Assembly (NCBI RefSeq): GCF_036274455.1
Contig: NZ_DASUFR010000076.1
Coordinates: 6,290 to 70,289 of the forward strand
Reading direction: 5' to 3'
Length of the DNA: 64,000 nucleotides
From: Nocardioides sp.
Lineage (GTDB): Bacteria > Actinomycetota > Actinomycetes > Propionibacteriales > Nocardioidaceae
The notes below the pieces were generated by a model. That model did not search any database, had not been told where the DNA came from, and saw only the letters and a program-made list of their open reading frames with translations. Below are positions 10,235 to 17,846 of this stretch, in pieces. Numbering within the stretch: the stretch's first letter is position 1; the number at the start of each line of letters is the position of its first letter. A program made the position numbers and the translations under genes.

Positions 10235-10696
10235 GTGCCCTCGACCGAACCCACCGTCTACCGGCTGGCGCCTGCGTTCGTAGCCAGGTTGCTGGGGCTG
10301 GTGCTGGTCGGGCTGGCCGTCGTGGTGTTCGTCGGTACGGCGGTCGTCGCGATCGCCGGCCTCTCCCTCGACGTGCTGGTCGTGGTCGTCCTCCTCGGCG
10401 TTGTCGCAGGGGTCGCGTCCGGGTGGTGGCTGCGCAGCAGGGCGTGGGTGCTGCGCTGCACCGACGACGGCTATCGGGTGCGGCTGGTGCGGGGCGCCGG
10501 CGTCACCGAGGCCCGCTGGAGCGCGGTGGATGACGCCGTGACGTCGTACCGGCGGGACGTGGCCTGCCTGGAGCTGCGGCTGAGTGACGGTCGGACCACG
10601 ACGATCCCGGTCGGGGTCCTCGACGTCGACAAGGAGCAGCTCGTCCGCGAGGTCCAGGCGCGGCTGCAGCAAGGCCACGGTCTGCATCCGCTCTAG
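10235..10696 (+). CDS. Membrane protein (two TM helices plus PH-like beta domain)
   Basis: Two hydrophobic helices followed by DDGYRVRLVRGAGV..LELRLSDGRTTTIPV. Confidence 0.75.
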   Translation: MPSTEPTVYRLAPAFVARLLGLVLVGLAVVVFVGTAVVAIAGLSLDVLVVVVLLGVVAGVASGWWLRSRAWVLRCTDDGYRVRLVRGAGVTEARWSAVDDAVTSYRRDVACLELRLSDGRTTTIPVGVLDVDKEQLVREVQARLQQGHGLHPL

Positions 10697-10768
10697 GAGC
10701 AGCCTCCTGGCCGTGGACTCTTGCGGACAATTACGCAGGAGCCGCGGGCTGCTTGTACCCTCCTCGGC

Positions 10769-10858
10769 GGAGGCGTCGCCTAGTCCGGTCTATGGCGCCC
10801 GCCTGCTAAGCGGGTTTGGGTCAACAGCCCATCGCGGGTTCAAATCCCGCCGCCTCCG
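10769..10858 (+). tRNA. tRNA-Ser(GCT)
   Basis: GGAGGCG/CGCCTCC acceptor stem, CCCGC-ctGCTaa-GCGGG anticodon arm, long variable arm, GGTTCAAATCC. Confidence 0.96.
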
Positions 10859-10879
10859 CAGAGGTCGTCACTGCGACCC

Positions 10880-10910
10880 GACGGCTCCCGGCCACGGTCC
10901 GGGAGCCGTC
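10880..10910 (+). terminator. Hairpin after tRNA-Ser(GCT)
   Basis: GACGGCTCCCGG / CCGGGAGCCGTC 12-bp perfect stem. Confidence 0.7.
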
Positions 10911-11310
10911 GCGCATTCCGGCTCAGGGTGGGAAAGTGGCGAAAAAGTTGTCACGTCGGGCGTGTCGGCGGCCGTACCGGGCCACCTGGACGCGTTGCTC
11001 GCGTCCGCGTGCCCGACGGAGCCGCTTCCGAGGGCCAGAAGGTGCAGTGGTCGCGACGGGACTTGCTGCAGCGCCCGCCCTCGATCCGGGCTCCTGGCGT
11101 CGTCACTGGGGTCCCAGCAGCCCCAGAAGCGCTCACGACCCCAAGGTGGGCATGACGCTACGGCGCGTGGGTCAAGTATCAACGAACTGCATGTTTTTGC
11201 AATGCAGATTTGTGAGGCAGCCGTGGACTCACGCCTTGCCTGACCCTGCAGACAGACTACCGGAGTGGGGCCGTTCCGTGGGCCCAGCAAGAGACCGAAG
11301 TGGGGAGACC

Positions 11311-11451
11311 ATGAAGAAGATCGTGCGCAGGATTGCCGTCGTCATCGGTGCGGTGGCAGTGTCCGCCGGCCTCCTTGGCGCCACGGCGGCGCCGTCGCAG
11401 GCAGCGGCGCACTCGGTCAGCCGCTCAGCGTTGGACACCCAGTGGGGCTGA
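11311..11451 (+). CDS. 46-aa secreted micropeptide 1 (..LDTQWG)
   Basis: GGGGAG RBS, then MKKIVRRIAVVIGAVAVSAGLLGATAAPSQAAAHSVSRSALDTQWG: basic n-region, hydrophobic h-region, Ala-rich cleavage site. Confidence 0.8.
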   Translation: MKKIVRRIAVVIGAVAVSAGLLGATAAPSQAAAHSVSRSALDTQWG

Positions 11452-11471
11452 CCTGACCGATACCCAGTCTT

Positions 11472-11535
11472 GAGACGGGGACCCGACTTTCCCCCCACTT
11501 GTCCGGTCCCAGCGCCTACCCCCCAGGCCCGTCTC
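11472..11535 (+). ncRNA. 6C-like structured RNA element (two C6-loop hairpins)
   Basis: Closing stem GAGACG/CGTCTC. Hairpin GGGACCcGAC-tttCCCCCCactt-GTCcGGTCCC and hairpin GCCT-aCCCCCC-AGGC. Rfam match not tested. Confidence 0.5.
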
Positions 11536-11540
11536 AACCA

Positions 11541-11576
11541 CACGAGGGCAGTGACCGCAGGGTCGCTGCCCTCGTG
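11541..11576 (+). terminator. Strong hairpin after the peptide 1 / 6C-like element
   Basis: CACGAGGGCAGTGACC-gcag-GGTCGCTGCCCTCGTG. Confidence 0.75.
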
Positions 11577-11643
11577 ACATTTCTCGGGTGCACACGGAAC
11601 GCCCGAGAAGGCGCCGGCGGGGTGAGCGGGACCCGGGCCTGCC

Positions 11644-12660
11644 TCACTCCGCCGGCTCGCCCTCGATCTCCTCCTGGCCCGAGATGCCCATCCGGCCCAT
11701 CGTGTAGCCGAGCTGGAAGCGCGTGTCCGCGTCGTAGTCGGCCTTCAGGTCGGCGACGTAGCCGGCGTAGGTGCGCGGGCTGACCCCCAGCCGCTTGGCG
11801 CTCACCGGGTCGCTGTGGCCCTCGATCAGCATCCGCATGGTCATCGCCCGCTGCTCGGCGGCGATGTCCTTCAGCAGCGACGTCTCGCGGTTGGTGAAGG
11901 GACGGCCGCGCTCCCAGGACCGCTCGAAGACGTCGACGAGGAACGCGACCACCGCGGGCTCGCGCACGATCACCGCCACACCGGGCTCGTCGCGGTTCGG
12001 GATCACCGCGACCCGGCGGTCGACCACGATCATCCGGTTGAAGAACTCATCGAGGGTGCGCACCTCGGCGCCGCGGGCGGTGACGGCCGCGACGTACTTG
12101 TGCGTCACCGAGCTGCGCCGGGCACTGTGCTGGTAGAGCGTGCGCATGGTGGCGCCGCGCTCGAGCAGCTCGATGTCGCGGAGCGCGGCTCGGGCCAGCT
12201 GGCGGGCGTTGCGGCCCGCCTCGGGCTGCGCGGTGAAGATCTCCTCCTCGCACTCGGCCACCAGCTGGTCGAGGACGCTGTTGATCAGGTCGAGGTTGCG
12301 CAGGTAGGTGAACGGGCCGCGCGCCGAGGACTGCGGGGCCCGTCGCCAGCTCTGGGCCAGGTTGGTGAAGGCGGAGTTCCACTGCGAGCTCTCGGAGAGC
12401 AGCTTGGCGGCCTCCTGGCTCAGCGGCGAGACGATCCGGCTCTGGACGCTGGTGGGGTCCTCGGGCTCCCACTGGTCCTGCTCGCGGTTGAAGGTGAGCA
12501 GCCCCATCTCGACCAGGAGGTCGAAGGCCTTGCGCAGCTCGCCGTCCTCGGCGATGCGGTAGTCGTTGGCCGGGATCCCGCCCCGCTGGCAGATCTCCTC
12601 ATAGAGCTTGGTGGCGTCGTCCTCGAACACGGCGCGCTCGTCGGGCCCGTAGCTCGGCAT
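11644..12660 (-). CDS. TrmB/LuxR-type transcriptional regulator (N-terminal wHTH, PLD-like middle domain, C-terminal LuxR HTH)
   Basis: MRTLYQHSAR..VRTLDEFFNRMIVVDRRVAVIP middle domain. MLIEGHSDPVSAKRLGVSPRTYAGYVADL..TRFQLG LuxR-like HTH. Confidence 0.85.
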   Translation of the reverse strand: MPSYGPDERAVFEDDATKLYEEICQRGGIPANDYRIAEDGELRKAFDLLVEMGLLTFNREQDQWEPEDPTSVQSRIVSPLSQEAAKLLSESSQWNSAFTNLAQSWRRAPQSSARGPFTYLRNLDLINSVLDQLVAECEEEIFTAQPEAGRNARQLARAALRDIELLERGATMRTLYQHSARRSSVTHKYVAAVTARGAEVRTLDEFFNRMIVVDRRVAVIPNRDEPGVAVIVREPAVVAFLVDVFERSWERGRPFTNRETSLLKDIAAEQRAMTMRMLIEGHSDPVSAKRLGVSPRTYAGYVADLKADYDADTRFQLGYTMGRMGISGQEEIEGEPAE

Positions 12661-12753
12661 GGCTCACCACCCCTCGACGGCCGCAACTTTGTGCAACGCC
12701 GATGATCCCACACGGGCGTCGCGTCGTGAGGCCCGTGTGGCCCGTGAGGCTCC

Positions 12754-14220
12754 TCAGGAGAGGCTGCTGGGCGACTGCGACGGAGTCGTCCGGGGGGAGC
12801 CCTCCGGCGGCGTACCGATCACCGGGACGCGTCCGGCCGGCACCTGCTCCGGAGTGGTGCGCGGCGCCGAGGCAGGCGGGGTGACCACGGGGAGACGCGA
12901 GGTGAGGCCTGCGGAGGCAGCGGCCCGGTGGAAGGCGTCTGCCGACTCGGCGACCAGCCCGGCCTGGGCGGCGAGCGTCCCGATCTCGAACCAGACCTGA
13001 GCGGCCTCGCGATCGGCGCCCGCGCCCGTCAGCGTCACGATCGCGCGGCGGTACCAGGCCTTGGCGTCCTCGTGGTCCCCGATGCTCCACGCGACCTGGC
13101 CGAGCAGCACGAGTGCGTCCACGCTGACCAGCGGGAGCTCTTCGTCGGCGTCGGCGAGCACCTGGAGGGCGTGCTGCTGGGCCTCTTCCGCCTGCCCCTC
13201 GAGGAGCAGCGCCTGCGCGCGGACCAGCCCGTTGCGGGCCCGGTCGACGGGCGAGGCCTCGCTCCAGTCGAGCTCCAGGTCGGCCATCCGGATCTGCTCC
13301 TTGGCGTCCTCGAGCCTCGGCGGGTCGGCGCGGAGCATGATCGAGCTCAGCTGGATCCGGAGCCGTCCGACGTCGCGGACCCGCTCGGTGTTCTCCAGCA
13401 GGTGCAGCGCACGCTTGGCCAGCGGCAGGGCGCCTGCGACGTCGCCCGCCTCGGCGCGGATGGCGCTCGCGTTCCAGTAGGCCGAGGCGCGAGCCACCGG
13501 CGAGCTGAGCCGCTCGGACTCGGCGATGGCCCGGTCGCACAGCTCCGCGGCCTCGGCCGCACGCCCCGACATGAACAGGGCTGCCGCCAGCGTGACCGAG
13601 AGCCGGATGCCTTCCTCGCTCCCGAGGACGTCGGGCGGCTGCTCGTCGACGAGCCGCTGGGCGACCGCGATGGCCCGCTCGAACTGCCCCTGCTCCCGCC
13701 AGATGCGGCACAGGGCGGTCGCGACCTTGAGCCGCGTGCCGACCTCGGGCGCGTCGTTGAGGAGCTGCTGCAGGGCGCCTACGGCGGTGGGGTCACCGAG
13801 GGCGTCCAGCGCGGCAGCCTCGGCGTAGCGGGCTCGGATCGTGCCCCCGGGAACGGTGTCCAACCCGGGGGAGCCGAGCGCCTCGCGAGCCAGCCTGAGC
13901 GCGTTGTCCGCCTCCCCGCCGGCGAGCGAGAGGTCCGCATGGTCGAGAAGGAGCTCGAGCCGCTGGGCGTCCTCCCAGCCGTCCCCGAGCACCAGGAACT
14001 CGACCGTGACGCCGAGCCGCGCGGCGAGGATGCCGAGCAGCTCGACGTTGGGCCGCCGCTGTCCACTCTCGATGCGGGACACGAATCCGACGGAGGCGTC
14101 CGGGCCGGCCAGCTCGGGCTGGGTGAGACCGGCTGCGACGCGCGCCGCCCTGATGCGAGCGCCCAGTACCGCGGGGTCCAGTGCGGTGAGCTGGTGCGCG
14201 AGCTCAGGCGACATGGGCAC
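12754..14220 (-). CDS. XRE-family HTH + TPR-like repeat regulator
   Basis: LGARIRAARVAAGLTQPELA..VSRIESGQRRP..LAARLGV XRE HTH, then repeated helix pairs (ARASAYWNAS, AAQVWFEIGTL). Confidence 0.85.
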   Translation of the reverse strand: MPMSPELAHQLTALDPAVLGARIRAARVAAGLTQPELAGPDASVGFVSRIESGQRRPNVELLGILAARLGVTVEFLVLGDGWEDAQRLELLLDHADLSLAGGEADNALRLAREALGSPGLDTVPGGTIRARYAEAAALDALGDPTAVGALQQLLNDAPEVGTRLKVATALCRIWREQGQFERAIAVAQRLVDEQPPDVLGSEEGIRLSVTLAAALFMSGRAAEAAELCDRAIAESERLSSPVARASAYWNASAIRAEAGDVAGALPLAKRALHLLENTERVRDVGRLRIQLSSIMLRADPPRLEDAKEQIRMADLELDWSEASPVDRARNGLVRAQALLLEGQAEEAQQHALQVLADADEELPLVSVDALVLLGQVAWSIGDHEDAKAWYRRAIVTLTGAGADREAAQVWFEIGTLAAQAGLVAESADAFHRAAASAGLTSRLPVVTPPASAPRTTPEQVPAGRVPVIGTPPEGSPRTTPSQSPSSLS

Positions 14221-14351
14221 ATCTTGCCGGATTTTTCCGCCGAAGTGGGCAACTACTTCATTTTGGGGACGCGTGGGGCGGGTGTGACGCGATTTGCTTG
14301 CGCTGACTCATGCGGTGGGAACCACCCACCGTCCTGACGCGAGGAGTCCAC

Positions 14352-14492
14352 ATGAGGAGCAAGTCCGTTCGCCTGACGGTCGCGGGCCTGGTTGCTGTCC
14401 TGAGCGTGCTCGGCCTGAGCCAGACCTCGGCAGACGCGAAGGTCATCAACCACCACCACGTGTCCAAGGTCGGCCCGTCCTGGTGCTGCTGA
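14352..14492 (+). CDS. 46-aa secreted micropeptide 2 (..GPSWCC)
   Basis: GAGGAG RBS, then MRSKSVRLTVAGLVAVLSVLGLSQTSADAKVINHHHVSKVGPSWCC: signal peptide with ADA cleavage site. Confidence 0.8.
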   Translation: MRSKSVRLTVAGLVAVLSVLGLSQTSADAKVINHHHVSKVGPSWCC

Positions 14493-14519
14493 CGTAACTA
14501 GCTGAACAAGGGGTCCGCA

Positions 14520-14543
14520 GGGCCGGGAGAGGGGACCCGGCCC
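14520..14543 (+). terminator. Hairpin after peptide 2
   Basis: GGGCCGGG-agagggga-CCCGGCCC. Confidence 0.6.
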
Positions 14544-14821
14544 CTTGAGGCATGCCCAAGTGGTATGGACCGAAGGAGACAGTTGCCAGAAGTTGCCGTA
14601 TGGTTGGCAACGCAGCCTCGCGGCGACCCTGTCTCCAAGCACAGGCCCCCCACCGCGCGCGAGACTTCGTCAGGAAATGGCCTGGCGCCGGGAGCCCCCC
14701 ACATGCACCCCCGGCGCCGGGCATCCTGGCAGCCAACAGCAGTCGGCACCGACCCCCAGGGGCCGGTGCCACTCTGCTTGTCTCAGGACCGTTCGGGCCC
14801 GGCTGGTGCCGGGCCCGGAGG

Positions 14822-16657
14822 TCACTCCTCGTCCAGGGCCTTGGCCACGCGCCGGTGCGCGTCCCAGATGACCTCGGGCAGCCGGTCGAACTGCTCGAGG
14901 TGCTTCTCTCGGAAGCCCATCTCCTGGCGCCAGCGGTCCACGTCGATGGTGAGGATCGCCTCGAGGTCCTCCTCGCTGATCTCCAGTCCGTCGAGGTTGA
15001 GCTCCTCGGCCTTCGGCACGATGCCGACCGGGGTCTGCCGGCCGGTGACCTCGCCGTTCTTGAGCTGCGCCAGCCACAGCAGCGCCCGCAGGTTCTCGCG
15101 GTAGCCCGGCCAGCGGAAGTGGCCGTCCTCGGGGTCGCGCTGGAACCAGTTGACGTGGGCGAAGATCGGCTGGTGCTCGGCGGCCCCGATCACGTCGAGC
15201 CAGTGCTGGGCGTAGTCGCCCTCGCCGTAGGACATGAACGGGCGGTTGGACATCGGGTCGTAGCGCAGTTGGCCGTCGACGCCCTCAGCGGCGAAGGTGG
15301 CCTCGGCGCCCAGGGTCAGGCCGTCGTAGACGCCCTCGGCCAGGTCGGTGATCGCGCGGATCAGCGGCTCGCGGTCGCGCGTGCGGCCGCCGAAGATGAC
15401 CGCGTCCACGTGGACCCCGCCGGGGTTCTCGTAGTCGACCGCGACGTTGGGGACGTTGGCCAGCGTCGTGGTGAACCGGCTGTTGGGGTGCGCCCAGGGG
15501 TCGTCCTTCTCCTCGTCCGTGCGGTCGGCGATGGGCAGGCCCTTCCAGTCCAGCCAGCCGGTGACGTCGGCCGGCGGCTCGGAGGTGCGGCCCTCCCACC
15601 AGACCTCCTGGGTGGTGGGGTTGTACGCGACGTTGGTGAAGATCGTGCCGGTGCCCGGGCGGATCGCGTCCAGCGCCGTGGGGTTGGTCAGCTCGTTGGT
15701 GTCCTTGGCCACGCCGAAGACGCCGTTCTCCGGGTTGAACGCCATCACCCGGCCGGACTCCTCGTCCACCCACAGCCAGGCGATGTCGTCGCCGTAGAAC
15801 TCGACGTGGTAGCGGTCGCCGAGGGCGTCGGGCGGCAGGGTCATCGCCAGGTTGGTCTTGCCCGAGGCGCTCGGGAAGCCGCCCGCGATGTGGTAGCGCC
15901 GGCCGGTCTGGTGATCGACGACCCCGAGCAGCATGAACTGCTCGCCGAGGAAGCCGTTCTTCCAGCCGTCGTACATGGCCTGGCGCAGGCCGTGGGCGAT
16001 CTTGCCGAGCAGGGCGTTGCCGCCGTACGACGAGCCGAAGTGGAGGATCGTGCGCTCGTCCGCGACGGTGATGAAGTAGCGCTTGTCGTCCGGCGTGCCC
16101 TGGCCGAGGTTGGGCAGGTCGCCGGTCACGTGCACCGCGCGCACGAAGGAGTTCTGGTCGGCGAGGTTGTCGACATGGTCCTTGCCGACCCGGGCCATGC
16201 GGATCACGTGCAGCACGACGGGGCGGCAGTCGGTGATCTGGACCCCCGCGGCGAACTGCTCCAGCGGCGATCCGGGCGGTGCCATCAGATAGGGGATGAC
16301 GTACATCGTCCTGCCGCGCGACTGGCCGGCGACCAGCGTGTTGTACAGCTCCTTCATCTCCGAGGCCGGGCGCCAGTTGTTGTAGACGCCCTTGTCGTTC
16401 GGGTCGCTGGTGGCGACGATCGTGCGCTCCTCGGAGCGCGCGGTGTCCTTGACGTAGGAGCGGGAGTAGTAGCGACCCTCGCCGGCCGGCAGGAGCTCGC
16501 CGGCGTCGAGGGACTCCTGCACGAGGCGGGCGTCGTCGGCGGTGCTGACGACCTCGATCCGGTCCGGCTGGGTGATCGCGGCCCAGTGGGCGACGTACTC
16601 GCGCACCTGCTGGTTCTTGATCCCAGCGTCGTCGAGGGCTGCTTCAACGTCCGTCAT
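14822..16657 (-). CDS. pckG: Phosphoenolpyruvate carboxykinase (GTP)
   Basis: DTARSEERT, FGSSYGGNALLGK, FPSASGKTNLAM P-loop, GDDIAW, NPENGVFGVA, HPNSRFT. Note Ser where many homologues have Cys (SACGKT). Confidence 0.95.
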   Translation of the reverse strand: MTDVEAALDDAGIKNQQVREYVAHWAAITQPDRIEVVSTADDARLVQESLDAGELLPAGEGRYYSRSYVKDTARSEERTIVATSDPNDKGVYNNWRPASEMKELYNTLVAGQSRGRTMYVIPYLMAPPGSPLEQFAAGVQITDCRPVVLHVIRMARVGKDHVDNLADQNSFVRAVHVTGDLPNLGQGTPDDKRYFITVADERTILHFGSSYGGNALLGKIAHGLRQAMYDGWKNGFLGEQFMLLGVVDHQTGRRYHIAGGFPSASGKTNLAMTLPPDALGDRYHVEFYGDDIAWLWVDEESGRVMAFNPENGVFGVAKDTNELTNPTALDAIRPGTGTIFTNVAYNPTTQEVWWEGRTSEPPADVTGWLDWKGLPIADRTDEEKDDPWAHPNSRFTTTLANVPNVAVDYENPGGVHVDAVIFGGRTRDREPLIRAITDLAEGVYDGLTLGAEATFAAEGVDGQLRYDPMSNRPFMSYGEGDYAQHWLDVIGAAEHQPIFAHVNWFQRDPEDGHFRWPGYRENLRALLWLAQLKNGEVTGRQTPVGIVPKAEELNLDGLEISEEDLEAILTIDVDRWRQEMGFREKHLEQFDRLPEVIWDAHRRVAKALDEE

Positions 16658-16959
16658 CTCAAGCGAGTCCTTCTGTCGAGCTCAACACATGGTCGGCGGA
16701 TGGCGCGGCGTCGTTGTCGCGGCTCGTCCCGAATACCCAAGATTCGCCGCGGTGTGCGGCGCATCGGGAGGCCGACGCTACCGGTGTCCGGAGCCCGTAC
16801 ATATTGGATCGGTCCAAGCCATATGGCGCGCGTCACACTGCCGTCGCGCCAGCGCCCGGAGCCGCTCGGGCCGTCGGCGGTCAGCGATTCGGAGCCCTCT
16901 GCAGGGGTCGGCTATCCTCGTGCAGTCCTGCGGCGTGCCAGGTTGCCGCCGGCGGACAG

Positions 16960-17032
16960 GCGCCCGTAGCTCAACGGATAGAGCATCTGACTACGGATCA
17001 GAAGGTTTGGGGTTCGAATCCCTACGGGCGCG
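16960..17032 (+). tRNA. tRNA-Arg(ACG)
   Basis: GCGCCCG/CGGGCGC acceptor stem, TCTGA-ctACGga-TCAGA anticodon arm, GGTTCGAATCC. Confidence 0.97.
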
Positions 17033-17049
17033 CAGGACTTGTCCCTCGA

Positions 17050-17086
17050 ACAGCCCCGAACGGCATCGACGCCGTTCAGGGGTTGT
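17050..17086 (+). terminator. Hairpin after tRNA-Arg
   Basis: ACAGCCCCGAACGGC-atcgac-GCCGTTCAGGGGTTGT. Confidence 0.7.
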
Positions 17087-17119
17087 CGTCGTCTCCCGGC
17101 GCGACGGACCGGGAGCCGG

Positions 17120-17386
17120 TCAGCTGCTCGCGCGGGCCCGGCCCGACCACCAGCGCCAGCCGGCGGTCACCAGGAGCGCACCCACGATCGAACCGATGAT
17201 GCCGCTGGCGCGCAGCTCGAGGCCGTCACCGGCGAGCAGGCTGATGAGCAGCCCGCCCACGAAGGAGCCGACCAGCCCCGCGGGCAGGGCGAGGGTCCAG
17301 TTGATCCGGCCGTCCTCCCGGCCGAGGATCAGCTGCGCGGCGGCACCGATGAGCATCCCGAACAGGATCAGGGCGAGGATCAGCAT
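17120..17386 (-). CDS. GlsB/YeaQ/YmgE family stress membrane protein
   Basis: IGAAAQLIL..GLVGSFVGG..GIIGSIVGALLV. Confidence 0.88.
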   Translation of the reverse strand: MLILALILFGMLIGAAAQLILGREDGRINWTLALPAGLVGSFVGGLLISLLAGDGLELRASGIIGSIVGALLVTAGWRWWSGRARASS

Positions 17387-17556
17387 GCGAGGAGCGTAGG
17401 GGTCTATCGTCGACGCCCCGCCACCCGGACCGGGTGAGCCGCTCGTGCCCCGGCGGCCGGCTGGTCACACGCGGGCGGCGTACCTCGTCTCGAGTGGGAA
17501 GACCACGCGGTGCGCGAGGACCGCGCCGCGTCCTCGATGCGAGAAGGGTGAGGGAT

Positions 17557-17760
17557 GTGCCGTTGATCCGAGTGTCGATGTTCCCCGGCCGGGACGAGAG
17601 CCAGAAGGCCGAGCTGGTCGGCCGCCTGACCGAGACCTTCCTCGAGGTCTGTGGACGGCCCGGTCAGTCCGCAGCCGGCGTGTGGGTGATCATCGACGAG
17701 GTGCCCGCGCACAACTGGGGCGTCGGCGGCGAGGTCGCTGCCCGCGAGAGCGATGTATGA
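17557..17760 (+). CDS. 4-oxalocrotonate tautomerase family protein
   Basis: After the initiator, Pro1: PLIRVSMFPGRDESQKAEL..VWVIIDEV..NWGVGG. Confidence 0.88.
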   Translation: MPLIRVSMFPGRDESQKAELVGRLTETFLEVCGRPGQSAAGVWVIIDEVPAHNWGVGGEVAARESDV

Positions 17761-17846
17761 CGGTCTGTTGACTGCCGTAACGACAGGGTCATAGCCTCGA
17801 ACCGTCCGCCGCGGCACGGGCGGCGGGCTGCGAGGGAGGGCACCGG

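Noticed and set aside
14667-14673. Hammerhead-like CTGACGA core on the minus strand
   Set aside because: No GAAA after a stem II and no suitable cleavage triplet or stems could be placed
10858-14820. Integrative island at tRNA-Ser(GCT) carrying the peptide cassette
   Set aside because: No integrase and no duplicated tRNA 3' end were found by eye. Horizontal origin is unproven.
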